A stretch of 42,466 bases of DNA, taken from a virus. Lineage: Duplodnaviria > Caudoviricetes. The notes beneath the pieces were generated by a model that ran no database searches, was not told the origin of the DNA, and saw only the letters and a program-made list of their open reading frames with translations. Shown one piece after another: positions 16,383 through 26,701 of the stretch. Position 1 is the first letter of the stretch. Each line of letters opens with the position of its first letter. Position numbers and translations under genes: made by a program. The stretch lies in IMG/VR virus record IMGVR_UViG_3300012232_000008, positions 1-42,466 of that record; one strand, given 5' to 3'.

Positions 16383-17285
16383 GTGGATTTTTCTGTTTTA
16401 AAGACTAGAGTTGCCCAAGAAACGGGTTTAGACACTACAACCGATGCGACGATATTAGGTGCATGGGTTAATGCTGCTTATAAGAAGATATGTGCTCTTG
16501 ATAATTGGCCTTGGCTGTTAAAGCAAGCCACTATTCAAACTGTTGCAGATATTACTACTGGTACTGTTAGTATTAACGCGGGTAGTACGGCCTTAACATT
16601 TTCAAGTGGGCCTACAAACAGTGTCGCGTTGCAGTATATGATTCAGTTTACATCCGTCTCTGACGACTGGTATATCATTGCAGCCCATAATGCTCTGAGT
16701 ACTTCGGCCACCCTGTCTGTTGCTTTTAATGGAACCGCGAATCTTTCAGGAGCCTCTTATCTCTTACGGAAAGTGTTCTACTCACTTCCGTCAGACTTAG
16801 ATAGGATTGTTGATACTCGTCAAGCACGTACTGACTCTAAGCTTGCGGCTATTGATATCCGTACTTTCGACAGATACCTCCCTGACCCAACGGCTACAGG
16901 CGATCCACTGTCCTATTATCTTGCCGGGCTTGATTCGTCTAAATATTGGCAGATTGGCTTGTATCCGATTCCGTCAGCAGTGGAGAATATTCAAGTACGC
17001 TATTTAATGATTCCAGCTGACTTGGCTAGTACGGACGCTCCTTTTCTTCCAGAAAAGTTCCATGACACTATTGTTTATGGCGCTCTGTGGATGTTTGGAC
17101 ATGCTTATATTGATGATAGCCGGATACAAAGTGCTAAGGCTAGATATGACGAAGCTGTTAAGGACATGAAGGAAAACTATAATCCTATACCGGATCAATT
17201 CACTTGTATTCAACCTTGGGATACTCGACCACGGTGGTTAGTGGGCTATCTTCCGTTCCCTCCAAATTTCCCTGAGTATAGGTAA
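16383..17285 (+). CDS. Head-tail adaptor protein
   Basis: N-terminal LKTRVAQE...WVNAAY...WPWL, YSLPSD, LYPIP, LPEKFHD.IVYGA pattern. Confidence 0.75.
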   Translation: MDFSVLKTRVAQETGLDTTTDATILGAWVNAAYKKICALDNWPWLLKQATIQTVADITTGTVSINAGSTALTFSSGPTNSVALQYMIQFTSVSDDWYIIAAHNALSTSATLSVAFNGTANLSGASYLLRKVFYSLPSDLDRIVDTRQARTDSKLAAIDIRTFDRYLPDPTATGDPLSYYLAGLDSSKYWQIGLYPIPSAVENIQVRYLMIPADLASTDAPFLPEKFHDTIVYGALWMFGHAYIDDSRIQSAKARYDEAVKDMKENYNPIPDQFTCIQPWDTRPRWLVGYLPFPPNFPEYR

Positions 17286-17288
17286 ACC

Positions 17289-18788
17289 ATGTTTCAAGGT
17301 AAGAATATTGAACTAAAGGACTTTAGTGGTGGGTATTGTGGAAATATTCGCTTTGACCAGCTAAAAAATAACCAAGCCTTAACCTTAAACAATATTGTTG
17401 TGTATGCGGGTGGTGCCGGTTTTAGGCTCCGCGATACTTCAACAAAATTAACTGGAACTGCCCTAAATTCAAATGCAGCTGTATATGGATTAGGAATTAT
17501 AAACAGAGCCAATAGTACTCCTATATTAATTGTTGTCGCTGGAAATAAGATATTTTTTAATGACACCGTTGGGACAACCTTCACCGATAAAACGGGTTTG
17601 GTAACAGTTTCAACTGGAACATATAAATATTGGTCTTTATTTCCCTTTAATGACAAGATAGTTGCATTTGGTGGTGTTCAAAATAGTCCTGACGTCCCAT
17701 GGGAGATAGCAACTACCGGCTCTGATGCGGCTATTCTAACTGGTACCCCTCCCGCAGCTTTTGGAGGACTAGCAGCAAATAATCGTGTGTTTGCATTTTG
17801 TACTTCTGCGGCTCCTTCAACTATGTACTGGTCAGTTCTCGCTAATGAAAATGACTGGACAGGAGTTGGCTCTGGTAGTGTTGTAATCGGCTCTTCCGGT
17901 GATGGGGAACCAATAACGGCAGCCATAATGCTTAATACTAATACGATGTTAGTATTTAAACAGTCTAAAATTTATCAAATGGTATTAACCGCTGCTCCTT
18001 TTCCACATTACCTGTTATTTGACGGAATCGGCGCACCAGGTAAAAATTGTGTTGTGGCTATAGATGGTACGGTGTATTGGGTTGGCTCTGACGCTCGGAT
18101 GCATTCAACTACGGGAACTTCTGTTCAGTCTTATCCAAACCATGCCGACGATTTGTGGAGCCTTAGCCCTCTCGGTATTGCTGGGGCCGGGTCTAATTTT
18201 ATTCACGGGTTTAGGCAAAAAGGTGCCGACTATGATTGGCTTGTTTGGATTACTGAAGACGCCGTTAATGGTAATTACTATGCAATCATTTGGGATCTTT
18301 TGAATAAGTGCTGGTTAAGAAATAGTACTGGGTATGATATGCGGGCAAGTGTTAGAAATAATACTACCAATATTGTGTACGCTGGAACATTTTCTGGCAA
18401 TGTAGGCACATTGGGTACTTCTACACTAACAGATGCATTAAGTAGTGGCAATACTCCAAATCCTTCTTGGAGAAGTGGCTGGATTCAACCGGCTACCGCA
18501 GATGAAATAATTCAACCATCTAGGTTTACATTAAATTGTTCGCCTACAAGTGCCACTATCACCCTAACATATGGTTTTAATTTTATTGCCTTTACTAAAA
18601 GTACAACTATCCCTAGTAGTCTTACTAGCACTGAGGTAGGTAAATCGACGAGAGTCAGCTTAACCGGGAGAGGAAATTATTTTCAATTTGATTTGGCCAT
18701 GACTGGGGACGGGGTTAATAATTTTAAAGTGTCTAGTTGTTTATTGAGTGGAAAAGTATATGGACAAAAGAGGCTTTCCGCTTCTTAG
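17289..18788 (+). CDS. Tail nozzle/stabilisation protein (P22 gp10 / T7 gp12 position, beta-propeller-like)
   Basis: DFSGG start, NNRVFAF, MYWS....DW, MLVFK, IIWDLLNKCW, RGNYFQF. Confidence 0.75.
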   Translation: MFQGKNIELKDFSGGYCGNIRFDQLKNNQALTLNNIVVYAGGAGFRLRDTSTKLTGTALNSNAAVYGLGIINRANSTPILIVVAGNKIFFNDTVGTTFTDKTGLVTVSTGTYKYWSLFPFNDKIVAFGGVQNSPDVPWEIATTGSDAAILTGTPPAAFGGLAANNRVFAFCTSAAPSTMYWSVLANENDWTGVGSGSVVIGSSGDGEPITAAIMLNTNTMLVFKQSKIYQMVLTAAPFPHYLLFDGIGAPGKNCVVAIDGTVYWVGSDARMHSTTGTSVQSYPNHADDLWSLSPLGIAGAGSNFIHGFRQKGADYDWLVWITEDAVNGNYYAIIWDLLNKCWLRNSTGYDMRASVRNNTTNIVYAGTFSGNVGTLGTSTLTDALSSGNTPNPSWRSGWIQPATADEIIQPSRFTLNCSPTSATITLTYGFNFIAFTKSTTIPSSLTSTEVGKSTRVSLTGRGNYFQFDLAMTGDGVNNFKVSSCLLSGKVYGQKRLSAS

Positions 18789-18791
18789 TAT

Positions 18792-20147
18792 ATGTCTATA
18801 ACTCCAAACTATGTTCAACCACCAGCAGACTATGCTTTGTGTAAAGATGTCCAGTTTCAGTTCGATTCTTTAATTGGATTAATAAATACTGAACTAGCTA
18901 CATTGGCTCCAATTGGTGCAACCTATGTAACGTTGAGTACAAATAGTACTTTAACTAACGAACGAGTATTAACGGCAGGAACAGCAATTTCTTTAGTTGA
19001 TAATGGGGCTGGTAGTACGGTTGTTGTTAATAATATTGGTGTTACCTCGGCAATTGGAACAGCTAACCAAGTTAGTGTCAGTGGAGCAACAGGAGCCGTT
19101 ACTTTTTCAACTCCACAGAATATCCACACTGGAGCAACTCCAACATTTGTCAGTGAGATGCTTACAGCTACAAGTAATCAACTTATACTTGGAACAACGA
19201 GGACTGTTACTTTAACTGCCCCTACTCCGGCCTCTTCGTCAAGAACCGTCACTTTCCCAGATTTAAGTGGGGACTATTCAGTTGTAGGGACTATTGCAGA
19301 TCAGACGATTGCCGGGGTAAAAACATTTACTTCAGCGCCTATATTGTCCATTGCTACAACTAATTCCACTCATTTAGTTCTTACCGGAACTACAAGTGGG
19401 CAAGAATCTTACCTCGACTTTAGTGACAATACAACGGCGTCTGATACTATTCTTTGTGCTAATCGCTCTTACTCGACTGGAGTAAGCAAAAAAACCGGCC
19501 AGTCAGCTGCGTGGATTTTTTTGGAAACACTCAATGCAAGCAGTAGTATTTATTTTTATACATCTGCTACGAATAATGTTACCCCGAGCACACGCTTAAC
19601 TATTGATAAAAATGGACTCGTTACGGTCCACAATGCTTTTACAGTACAAGGCACAGCAACTTTCGCTAATGGAGCCGTCTCTACACCCTCTTGGAACTTA
19701 GGAGATTCTGCAACTGGAGCCTATCGTACAGCCTCCAACAAGATTGGCATTGCTTTAAATGGAGTAAAAGCAGCCGAGTTCTACACATCCGGTACATCAC
19801 ATGACGTAACTTACGTCCCATTTCTTCTTACTAGCGGTGCTGGAAATAGTATTTTTGCCGTAGAAAAACAAACCACCTCAGTTACAACAGCCGCAAAAAC
19901 AATTTTTTCAACAATATTTGGGGATGGTCAATTAATTTTAGTTCGTGGTGTTACAGGTACTAAACAATTTTTAGACATTATAGCGTGTGTGTACTCAACA
20001 GTAGCTCCGACAGTGGTAAGTTCTGCCGTGTCGGGTGGGCCTGATACTCGAACATATACACAGTCATCAACGGGAATTATCCAACTACAAATGGGCGGCG
20101 GAACATACACAGTTAGTGCAACTAGTTTGACATTACAGAACAGTTAA
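18792..20147 (+). CDS. Tail fibre / receptor-binding protein
   Basis: Thr/Ser/Gly-rich; TLTNERVLTAG, PQNIHTGATPTF, DQTIAGVKTF motifs of fibre shafts. Confidence 0.75.
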   Translation: MSITPNYVQPPADYALCKDVQFQFDSLIGLINTELATLAPIGATYVTLSTNSTLTNERVLTAGTAISLVDNGAGSTVVVNNIGVTSAIGTANQVSVSGATGAVTFSTPQNIHTGATPTFVSEMLTATSNQLILGTTRTVTLTAPTPASSSRTVTFPDLSGDYSVVGTIADQTIAGVKTFTSAPILSIATTNSTHLVLTGTTSGQESYLDFSDNTTASDTILCANRSYSTGVSKKTGQSAAWIFLETLNASSSIYFYTSATNNVTPSTRLTIDKNGLVTVHNAFTVQGTATFANGAVSTPSWNLGDSATGAYRTASNKIGIALNGVKAAEFYTSGTSHDVTYVPFLLTSGAGNSIFAVEKQTTSVTTAAKTIFSTIFGDGQLILVRGVTGTKQFLDIIACVYSTVAPTVVSSAVSGGPDTRTYTQSSTGIIQLQMGGGTYTVSATSLTLQNS

Positions 20148-20159
20148 AGGGAGAAACAA

Positions 20160-20300
20160 ATGGAACTTAAATTAGAAGAAGTGAAAGCTACATTAATAAG
20201 GCTACAAGGACAGATTGATGTCTGGAATAACCTGTATCAGATACTAATGAATGAGGACAAGAAAGTGGAGACTTCCCTTGAACCTGCTTCGAAAAGTTAA
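20160..20300 (+). CDS. 46-aa coiled-coil protein, possible fibre chaperone
   Basis: GGGAG RBS; MELKLEEVKATLIRLQGQIDVWNNLYQIL... Confidence 0.5.
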   Translation: MELKLEEVKATLIRLQGQIDVWNNLYQILMNEDKKVETSLEPASKS

Positions 20301-20751
20301 TTCGATACCGGAAACACTTAATGCTGGAGCCATTGATAGAGCCATCAATTCTTTTGTTAGCGACTGTAGGATTGATCCTACTAGCACTAATATTAACGGA
20401 TTAAAACAACAACTTACTGATGCTATAGCATCTGTTGTTATATTCAAAAATAATCCAAATACATTTTTTTGGCTGGCTGAGGAAAAGGGCGAAGTGATTG
20501 CTTGGAGTTTGACACATGTTAGTAAGGATGTGGATAACTCCCTCTGTTATTGGATGACGGATGCCTGGGTAGCTCGTTCATACAGACGCACTCCTTATCC
20601 AAAAGAATGGTTTCAAGCAATGAGAACAGATGCAAAGAAGTTAATGTGCAAACACATTTTAATCCCGTCATCGAGAGGGACACAGGCATATTGTCGGTTT
20701 TTGGGGAAAGGCTGGCACGAATATCTGAAAATATTAAAAGAGGACTTATAA
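20251..20751 (+). CDS. GNAT-fold protein (position of T7 gp13 / P22 gp14)
   Basis: FWLAEEKGEVIAW...DAWVARSYRR...AKKLMCKHILI pattern. Confidence 0.6.
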   Translation: MRTRKWRLPLNLLRKVNSIPETLNAGAIDRAINSFVSDCRIDPTSTNINGLKQQLTDAIASVVIFKNNPNTFFWLAEEKGEVIAWSLTHVSKDVDNSLCYWMTDAWVARSYRRTPYPKEWFQAMRTDAKKLMCKHILIPSSRGTQAYCRFLGKGWHEYLKILKEDL

Positions 20752-20752
20752 C

Positions 20753-21943
20753 ATGGCATTTACATTAGACGAAATTCGTGAATTCGCACGTAACCCCGGC
20801 AAGATTCCGGCTCCAGGAACTTATGGAGAAGGGAAAGTGGTGTATGGGGACCAGATGCTTAGGGAGCTTAAGAACCAAGTGGCTTCAGGACAACTTCCCT
20901 TAAGTGAATATCAAGAACTTGCTGCCCCATTGGTGAAAGCCACTCAGGCGGCGGCTGTTGCTGCTGCTGGCCGTGGTGGGAGTGGTGGAATATGGCAGAG
21001 CCTTGTTAATGACGGCTTTGGAGATGCTGGTGGAAAACTGGGTATGCCTTTTAGTAGGCAGGAATACGCCAAGCTTCCAGATGCAGTTCTTCCTACACAA
21101 CAGGATATTCAAACCGGGATGTTCGATCCTCTCTTAGCCCCTATTCAACGAGTGCGGCAAGCCCCCATCCCTCAAGTTAATCCAGGCGTTGTTCCCGGCA
21201 CTCCTCAACCGGGCACTACTCCCGGAACTGTTCCAAGTGTCCCTCAACCGGGCACAACCCCAGGAGCCGTTACCCCCACGAATCAAACAGGAACCAGCCC
21301 AGTATTCACTGGAAACCCTAACAACCCAGCTCCAGACGGAGGACTTCGTACCGATGGGTCTTCAGCAGCTGCTGATGCAGCTAAGATTGCCCAAGAAGCG
21401 GCGCTTCAGCAACAGCTTGCCGTTCAAGCCGCCAATGAAAGAGCCGGGAAACGTAAAACCTATCTTAACGACCTCTCCAGTCTCATTACTCAACAGAACA
21501 ATCAAATCCTGTCTGAAAAGTCTCCTTACATCCAAGAAGAACTAAATGCAAAGGGTCTCCTTCGTTCGTCTGAACTTGGGAATGCCATTGCTAGAGAACA
21601 AAGAGGTTTGGCCGAACAGAGTGCTAATGCTTTAGGACAGGCTGGATTACAGGCTGAGCAACAGGATTTAACAGACTTCAAAGAAATACAGAATGCTTAT
21701 AACCAAGCTAGAGATTCTGCTTTAGGCCGTCAATTTTCTATGGAAGATTATGAAAGACAAGTGCGAACAGGCCGAGAACTCGGGGATCAATATGCTCAAT
21801 TAAAGCCTAATGCCCCTTCTAAAGGAAAGGCAGGTCTTAGTGGTGCAGCCACTGGAGCGGTTGCTGGTGCTGGGTTAGGTCCTTGGGGTGTTGCAGGCGG
21901 CGCTGTTGCTGGTGGATTAGCTGGTTCTTCGAAGGCGGCTTAA
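20753..21943 (+). CDS. Internal virion / DNA ejection protein 1
   Basis: Q/A-rich coiled coil, LNAKGLLRSS, C-terminal glycine zipper GAATGAVAGAGLGPWGVAGGAVAGG. Confidence 0.7.
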   Translation: MAFTLDEIREFARNPGKIPAPGTYGEGKVVYGDQMLRELKNQVASGQLPLSEYQELAAPLVKATQAAAVAAAGRGGSGGIWQSLVNDGFGDAGGKLGMPFSRQEYAKLPDAVLPTQQDIQTGMFDPLLAPIQRVRQAPIPQVNPGVVPGTPQPGTTPGTVPSVPQPGTTPGAVTPTNQTGTSPVFTGNPNNPAPDGGLRTDGSSAAADAAKIAQEAALQQQLAVQAANERAGKRKTYLNDLSSLITQQNNQILSEKSPYIQEELNAKGLLRSSELGNAIAREQRGLAEQSANALGQAGLQAEQQDLTDFKEIQNAYNQARDSALGRQFSMEDYERQVRTGRELGDQYAQLKPNAPSKGKAGLSGAATGAVAGAGLGPWGVAGGAVAGGLAGSSKAA

Positions 21944-21944
21944 T

Positions 21945-23030
21945 ATGACTGATTTTAGAATGCAAGGATCAATTGATCCCACAGCCATTGCTGCATTAGC
22001 ACAGAAACAGGCTCAATTAAAAGCTGAGCAAGAAAACAAAGATTATGCTCAAAAGATGCAAGGCATAAAAGATGTAGCAACAATTACTAGTTCTATGGTG
22101 TCTTCATCTATTGAAGCCTCTAAACTTCGTCAAAAGAAAGATTGGATTAGAAATCTTTCTGATTCTTTGTCAGCTCAAGTTCCCCCCATTCAAACCCCCG
22201 TGGAAGGACCTTCTATGCCTGGACAGCCTTCTCCAATGATTTCCGCTCCAAATGTTAATAAGCAAGAACAAATTCGTGCATCTGTTAATATAGCTCCAGA
22301 GAGTTTTGCTAAACAACTAGCCGAGCAGCTAATTCCTGGGCCGAGTTTTAATGGCACTCCTCCCCGGTCTTTCGAATCTCTCTTAACCTCTAAAGTTAAT
22401 TCAGGTGAGATGACACTCCAACAAGCAGCTGAGGCTCTTTCTACCTATAAACCAAATAATTCAATTACTGGATATGACGAAAATCAAAATCCAGTAACAT
22501 TTAATAGTAAAGCTCTTCCAGCCTCTTCAACAGCTCTAAACACTGTACAAGCCCCTAAAGGTGGAATACAGCCTAAACCCGAAAGGCCCTCAGAAACTGA
22601 ACTTGGTAAACAATCTGATTTAGGTACAGTGGATCTAGCTTTGGCTGAAGTGCAAAAAAATATTGATAATAATTTTGTGGGCCCAGTGGCTGGAAGACTT
22701 AATACAGCTGCTCAAATATTTGATGTCACGGCATCAGATAAAAGAGCTAATTTTATCTCGGCTGTTAATTCCTATCGTAATTCGATGATTAAAGCCATTA
22801 CAGGTGCTCAAATGAGTGAGCCTGAGGCTGCTCGTATTATGAAACAACTTCCTAATGAGAAGATGTCCGTTACAGACTTTAAAGCTAAATTGAAACTTTC
22901 AAGAGAGTTATTGGCTAAGTCACTCAAACTTCGCCAAGGAAACCTAAAACAAGCCGGGTATACAGGAGTTAACACTTCTCCGTCTGTTTCTCCTGAAACT
23001 GATAATAATGATCCTCTTGGGATACGCTAA
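21945..23030 (+). CDS. Internal virion / DNA ejection protein 2
   Basis: Position; TGAQMSEPEAARI...LP and terminal DPLGI motifs. Confidence 0.7.
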   Translation: MTDFRMQGSIDPTAIAALAQKQAQLKAEQENKDYAQKMQGIKDVATITSSMVSSSIEASKLRQKKDWIRNLSDSLSAQVPPIQTPVEGPSMPGQPSPMISAPNVNKQEQIRASVNIAPESFAKQLAEQLIPGPSFNGTPPRSFESLLTSKVNSGEMTLQQAAEALSTYKPNNSITGYDENQNPVTFNSKALPASSTALNTVQAPKGGIQPKPERPSETELGKQSDLGTVDLALAEVQKNIDNNFVGPVAGRLNTAAQIFDVTASDKRANFISAVNSYRNSMIKAITGAQMSEPEAARIMKQLPNEKMSVTDFKAKLKLSRELLAKSLKLRQGNLKQAGYTGVNTSPSVSPETDNNDPLGIR

Positions 23031-24613
23031 TGAACTTCAACGAATTCGCTGAAAAGATTAAATCTAAATATCCAGGCGCTTATGACGACATGGATAACAA
23101 AACATTGGCACAGAAGATGGTGAGTAAATTCCCTCAATATTCTGATGTTAGTTTTGATGAGAGTAAACCAGACGGTCTTCAACAAACAGCGGAAACTATT
23201 CGAAAAGTAGAAGGTGCTGTTGGAAACTTTGTTGGTCAGGGCCTGTCTAAAGGATTAGAAGCTTTTTACCCTAATACAAATCAAGCAATAGCCGGTGCTG
23301 GTCATGTAATCAATAAAATTGAACAAAACCCAATAATCAGTAACGCCGTTAATCAAATACCAATTGTAGGAGCTGTACAGGCTCCTGAGCAACTTCAAGG
23401 CCTCCTCGATAAAGGAGGAGAAACCCTTGCTACCCAAATGGCTCAGCATGGGGCCAATCCCACTTTTTCCGCTGCTTTAGGAACAGGTGTTCAAATGGCC
23501 CAAGAAATAGCTGGAGCTGTTGCTGGTGGGAGTGGGCTAATTCGAGGAGGACGTGCTGCAAAAGCAGCGGCTTCAGCTGCCGATGCCGAGGCATTAGCCA
23601 ATTTAAGAGAAGTGCCTCCAATGAAAGTGCCCGTTCCCCAAAAAACCTTAGCTCTTCCTGAGCCAACCCCGCGTGCCCCTAAAGTGGGTGAAGTGGCTTC
23701 TGCTTCAGCTAAGAAATTTAATTCTGCTTTGGATGGCTTGACCAATAAAGCCAAGGCTAAATATCGGCTTGCTGAAAGACTCTATACAGAGAATGTCCAA
23801 CAGGAAGGACTTAAACTCCGTAATCCCCAGGAACTTCAAACGGATTATGACGAAATCTTTGCGTCTAGAAAACCTCGAAAACAGGTTGTAAGTGTTGATG
23901 CCTCTACTGGTATCGAGCAAACAGAGCTTATTCCCGGCCTTTCTCGGAAAGAACGTCTTTCTAAACTCTGGCAATTGAACAAGGAAATTGGACAGAACAT
24001 CAATTATGCCGATCCAGCCAGCCAGCAGGGAATGTTCAATTTGCAAAACAAGGTGCTTAAAGAAATTGAGGCTCTTCCAGGAGGAAAGAAACTCCTTGAG
24101 GTGAGAGCCGAATATGGAGCCTATAAACAGCTCCAAAAAGAATTAGGAACTGCCCTCCAAGACCCCGAAAAACAGAGGGCTATTCTCTACAAGATTGCTA
24201 AGGGTGGAATGAAGGAAGTGGGTATTGCAGGAGACGAAGCCAAAGGAATAGCCATTGGAAAGTTAGAGAAAGAAGCTGGAAAAGAAATTCTCTCTCCGAT
24301 TAAAGCCGAGCTGGAACATGAGGCTATGTTCAAGCAGGTGATGGCCCGTAAGCAGAAAGCTGAAAAACTATTCTCGCAAGAGCAACGCCGAGACTTCTTT
24401 GAAGCAGAGAAACTTAAAAGTAAGGCAGCCAGAGAGAAACTTCAGAAAGAATATATCGATTCCTTACTCATTAAGAGAATGGAAGCTGATAATGCTCCTG
24501 CTTTGACTAAAAAGCAGAAGATGATTCAGGCTTTAAAGCATCTAGCCAAGATAGCCACAGCAGGCGCTGTTGGTGGTACTACGGCTAAACTAGGATTTGA
24601 TTTTTTTCAATAA
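23030..24613 (+). CDS. Internal virion / DNA ejection protein 3
   Basis: N-terminal IKSKYPGAYDDMDNKTLA repeat-type motif, Gly/Ala hydrophobic stretch; TAATG coupling. Confidence 0.7.
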   Translation: MNFNEFAEKIKSKYPGAYDDMDNKTLAQKMVSKFPQYSDVSFDESKPDGLQQTAETIRKVEGAVGNFVGQGLSKGLEAFYPNTNQAIAGAGHVINKIEQNPIISNAVNQIPIVGAVQAPEQLQGLLDKGGETLATQMAQHGANPTFSAALGTGVQMAQEIAGAVAGGSGLIRGGRAAKAAASAADAEALANLREVPPMKVPVPQKTLALPEPTPRAPKVGEVASASAKKFNSALDGLTNKAKAKYRLAERLYTENVQQEGLKLRNPQELQTDYDEIFASRKPRKQVVSVDASTGIEQTELIPGLSRKERLSKLWQLNKEIGQNINYADPASQQGMFNLQNKVLKEIEALPGGKKLLEVRAEYGAYKQLQKELGTALQDPEKQRAILYKIAKGGMKEVGIAGDEAKGIAIGKLEKEAGKEILSPIKAELEHEAMFKQVMARKQKAEKLFSQEQRRDFFEAEKLKSKAAREKLQKEYIDSLLIKRMEADNAPALTKKQKMIQALKHLAKIATAGAVGGTTAKLGFDFFQ

Positions 24614-24626
24614 AAAGGAAATAGAT

Positions 24627-24803
24627 ATGAATAAGCATACTGTGCAATCTATTATTTTGGATAAACTTGATAAGCTAGAGAATAAGATAGATATTCTTAT
24701 ACCTGTTGTTGAAGGACTGAAGGTAAAAGCAGCTATAGCGGGGGGAATGGCGGGGATTGTAGGGACGGCGGTAGTGTCTATGATTCTTACGGCCATGAAA
24801 TAG
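24627..24803 (+). CDS. Small coiled-coil plus transmembrane protein (holin-like, tentative)
   Basis: ILDKLDKLENKID followed by a Gly-rich hydrophobic helix. Confidence 0.5.
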   Translation: MNKHTVQSIILDKLDKLENKIDILIPVVEGLKVKAAIAGGMAGIVGTAVVSMILTAMK

Positions 24804-24812
24804 GGGTATGAC

Positions 24813-25028
24813 ATGCTCTGGAAACGTCAGCCCTATGAACAAAAAGAACCTGTTAGATGTCCGGTTTGTAAGAGTAAGCTAGGAGAGAGATTCTTCGAGG
24901 ATTTGCTAGTGGCTCCATGTAAGGAGTGCGATTGGGTGTTCATCTTCAAACCTCAAACAGAGAAACCTGAATGCTTCAAAAAGGGGCATTTAACGAAACG
25001 CTGCGGTTGTGGGGGTTGTGGTAGGTAG
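24813..25028 (+). CDS. Zinc-ribbon protein
   Basis: VRCPVCKSKLG...CKEC plus a C-terminal Cys cluster. Confidence 0.6.
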   Translation: MLWKRQPYEQKEPVRCPVCKSKLGERFFEDLLVAPCKECDWVFIFKPQTEKPECFKKGHLTKRCGCGGCGR

Positions 25029-25082
25029 AATGGCGGGTTACTCAGGGCAGTGGGTTATATTGCTTATTTTTAATGATGACTT

Positions 25083-25131
25083 AAATAGATGCCTTATATT
25101 TGTCTAATAAACGAATATAGGGCATTTATTT
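25083..25131. terminator. Probable bidirectional terminator where the two major operons converge
   Basis: Long imperfect stem AAATAGATGCCTTATATTTG / CGAATATAGGGCATTTATTT. Confidence 0.7.
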
Positions 25132-25132
25132 C

Positions 25133-25399
25133 TTACCCTTGTCTGATCTCAGTTACTTTAGGATAGTCCAATGCATACATCTCCGAAGGACGTAAAGGAA
25201 GCTTAAATAACAAGGAATTGAGCGGAAAACATTTGGGACACACTAGCTGTAGCAAAGACTGGCTTTTAATCTTTTTAATAACTTTATCTTCTTTTAAAAA
25301 CTCAACATCTGAATAGCACTCATCTTCTCTTTTATGAGAAGGAGCATGTACAACCTTATTATGTAAATCCCTTATTTTCTTAATGGCTGAAAGTTTCAT
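25133..25399 (-). CDS. Hypothetical protein
   Basis: ORF track; overlaps the upstream stop. Confidence 0.5.
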   Translation of the reverse strand: MKLSAIKKIRDLHNKVVHAPSHKREDECYSDVEFLKEDKVIKKIKSQSLLQLVCPKCFPLNSLLFKLPLRPSEMYALDYPKVTEIRQG

Positions 25400-25560
25400 T
25401 TCCGCACCACCTCCACCTTAGCTCCTTCCACAGCACTTCCTACAAACTCTAACATAGTGATGATTTCAGTGGCTTTAAACACATATTCCCCACTCACCTT
25501 AATAAACCCATTCATTGTCACAACATAGCCATTCTTCTTTTGTTCAATAACCACCTTCAT
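25396..25560 (-). CDS. Hypothetical protein
   Basis: MKVVIEQKKNGYVV with GGAGG RBS. Confidence 0.55.
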   Translation of the reverse strand: MKVVIEQKKNGYVVTMNGFIKVSGEYVFKATEIITMLEFVGSAVEGAKVEVVRK

Positions 25561-25862
25561 TATTCCCTCCAAAATACATCGCATATATTGCAATATGTAA
25601 TATAGCTGTCTTTAAATAAGCTTCTATCCCAGAATCTATAATGTAGCCATTTGCACATCCACAGCCATGGAAGTTTCATTTTTTCTCCCCCTTATAGGCC
25701 TGTTGGGCAGCCCAAACAACACCATTTTCGTAGCAATATACGCATATACGCATAGCGTTGTCTCGCCTAAAACTATGATAATACCCATCAGTTTTTATAC
25801 TTTGTGTGTGACAAACAGAGCACATGAATGCATTTACATCTTTTTCTGAACTCATATTTCTC

Positions 25863-26411
25863 CTAGTTAAAAGTGAGGCCTATAAAGATGCTTGGAAACC
25901 AATACACCTTGTCTGCGTCCCGGCGGCACCCGAAACGAAAATAAAACACCCTCTTATTAGCGGAGGGCTCTGGATACTTAGGCACAGAATCAATGTAATA
26001 ATGAAAAGCTATAAAGAAAGGCCATTGGATTTGAATGTGCCATTTGGCCCAGTATTGAATGGCTGACAAATATACAGGCCTAAAGAGTTTCATCTTAGCC
26101 GGATCAAATCTCCACAGATGTCCCATTCTCGCTCCTTCCTGAAAGCCACTATCCCTCTCCCATCCTTCCCCCTCAAACCTAGCTGGTCCTTTTCCAAATA
26201 AAGCAAAAAGAGTGATGGGCCATTCACGCCATTTCGCCCATGATTCTGTGGCTCTGGGCCCATAGGCAAACCAACTCTTCTTCCATTTCTTTTGGATGGA
26301 ATTATTCCAATCGGTTGTAGTGCCCTCGGCTTGGTCTTTAATCCACGGCGGCAACGCACTAAGAGGCATAATTATCCACCATGATGCTCGTCCTCCATAC
26401 ATTGAGAGCAC
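25863..26411 (-). CDS. Trp/Phe-rich hypothetical protein (start uncertain)
   Basis: ORF track; very aromatic composition. Confidence 0.6.
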   Translation of the reverse strand: MLSMYGGRASWWIIMPLSALPPWIKDQAEGTTTDWNNSIQKKWKKSWFAYGPRATESWAKWREWPITLFALFGKGPARFEGEGWERDSGFQEGARMGHLWRFDPAKMKLFRPVYLSAIQYWAKWHIQIQWPFFIAFHYYIDSVPKYPEPSANKRVFYFRFGCRRDADKVYWFPSIFIGLTFN

Positions 26412-26701
26412 AGCCCATGTGCTCCATATTTTTCATTCGAATAGATGGTGCGCTTACATTCAGCACATTGACTATTTTCTGTAGCTATTTGTGGGCTAGT
26501 ATTTCCGTCCATTATTCCTCCGAACAATCCTCACAGTATTTTCTGTCCACTTCATAATAGGAGAAGGGATGTTTCCTACAGGCCCGGCCATCATCCATAG
26601 CCTCCACAAGAAGCTCCTCACACATTTCGCAAGACTGAACGTATTCTTCGTCATATGTGTATGGGTTAGGGGATAGATGATTATGTCTTGGGGGTCTGGG
26701 T

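Noticed and set aside
18786-18794. Genome-wide TAG recoding (TAG in frame with the next gene here and at 24801-24815; internal TAG at 2398)
   Set aside because: Large genes are intact in code 11, other TAGs end genes directly at the next RBS (7056-58, 25863-65), and no suppressor tRNA was seen
18792-20147. Classical DGR target in the tail fibre
   Set aside because: No template/variable repeat pair or RT gene seen
21190-21270. PQPGTTPG duplication in ejection protein 1
   Set aside because: Ordinary two-copy low-complexity linker
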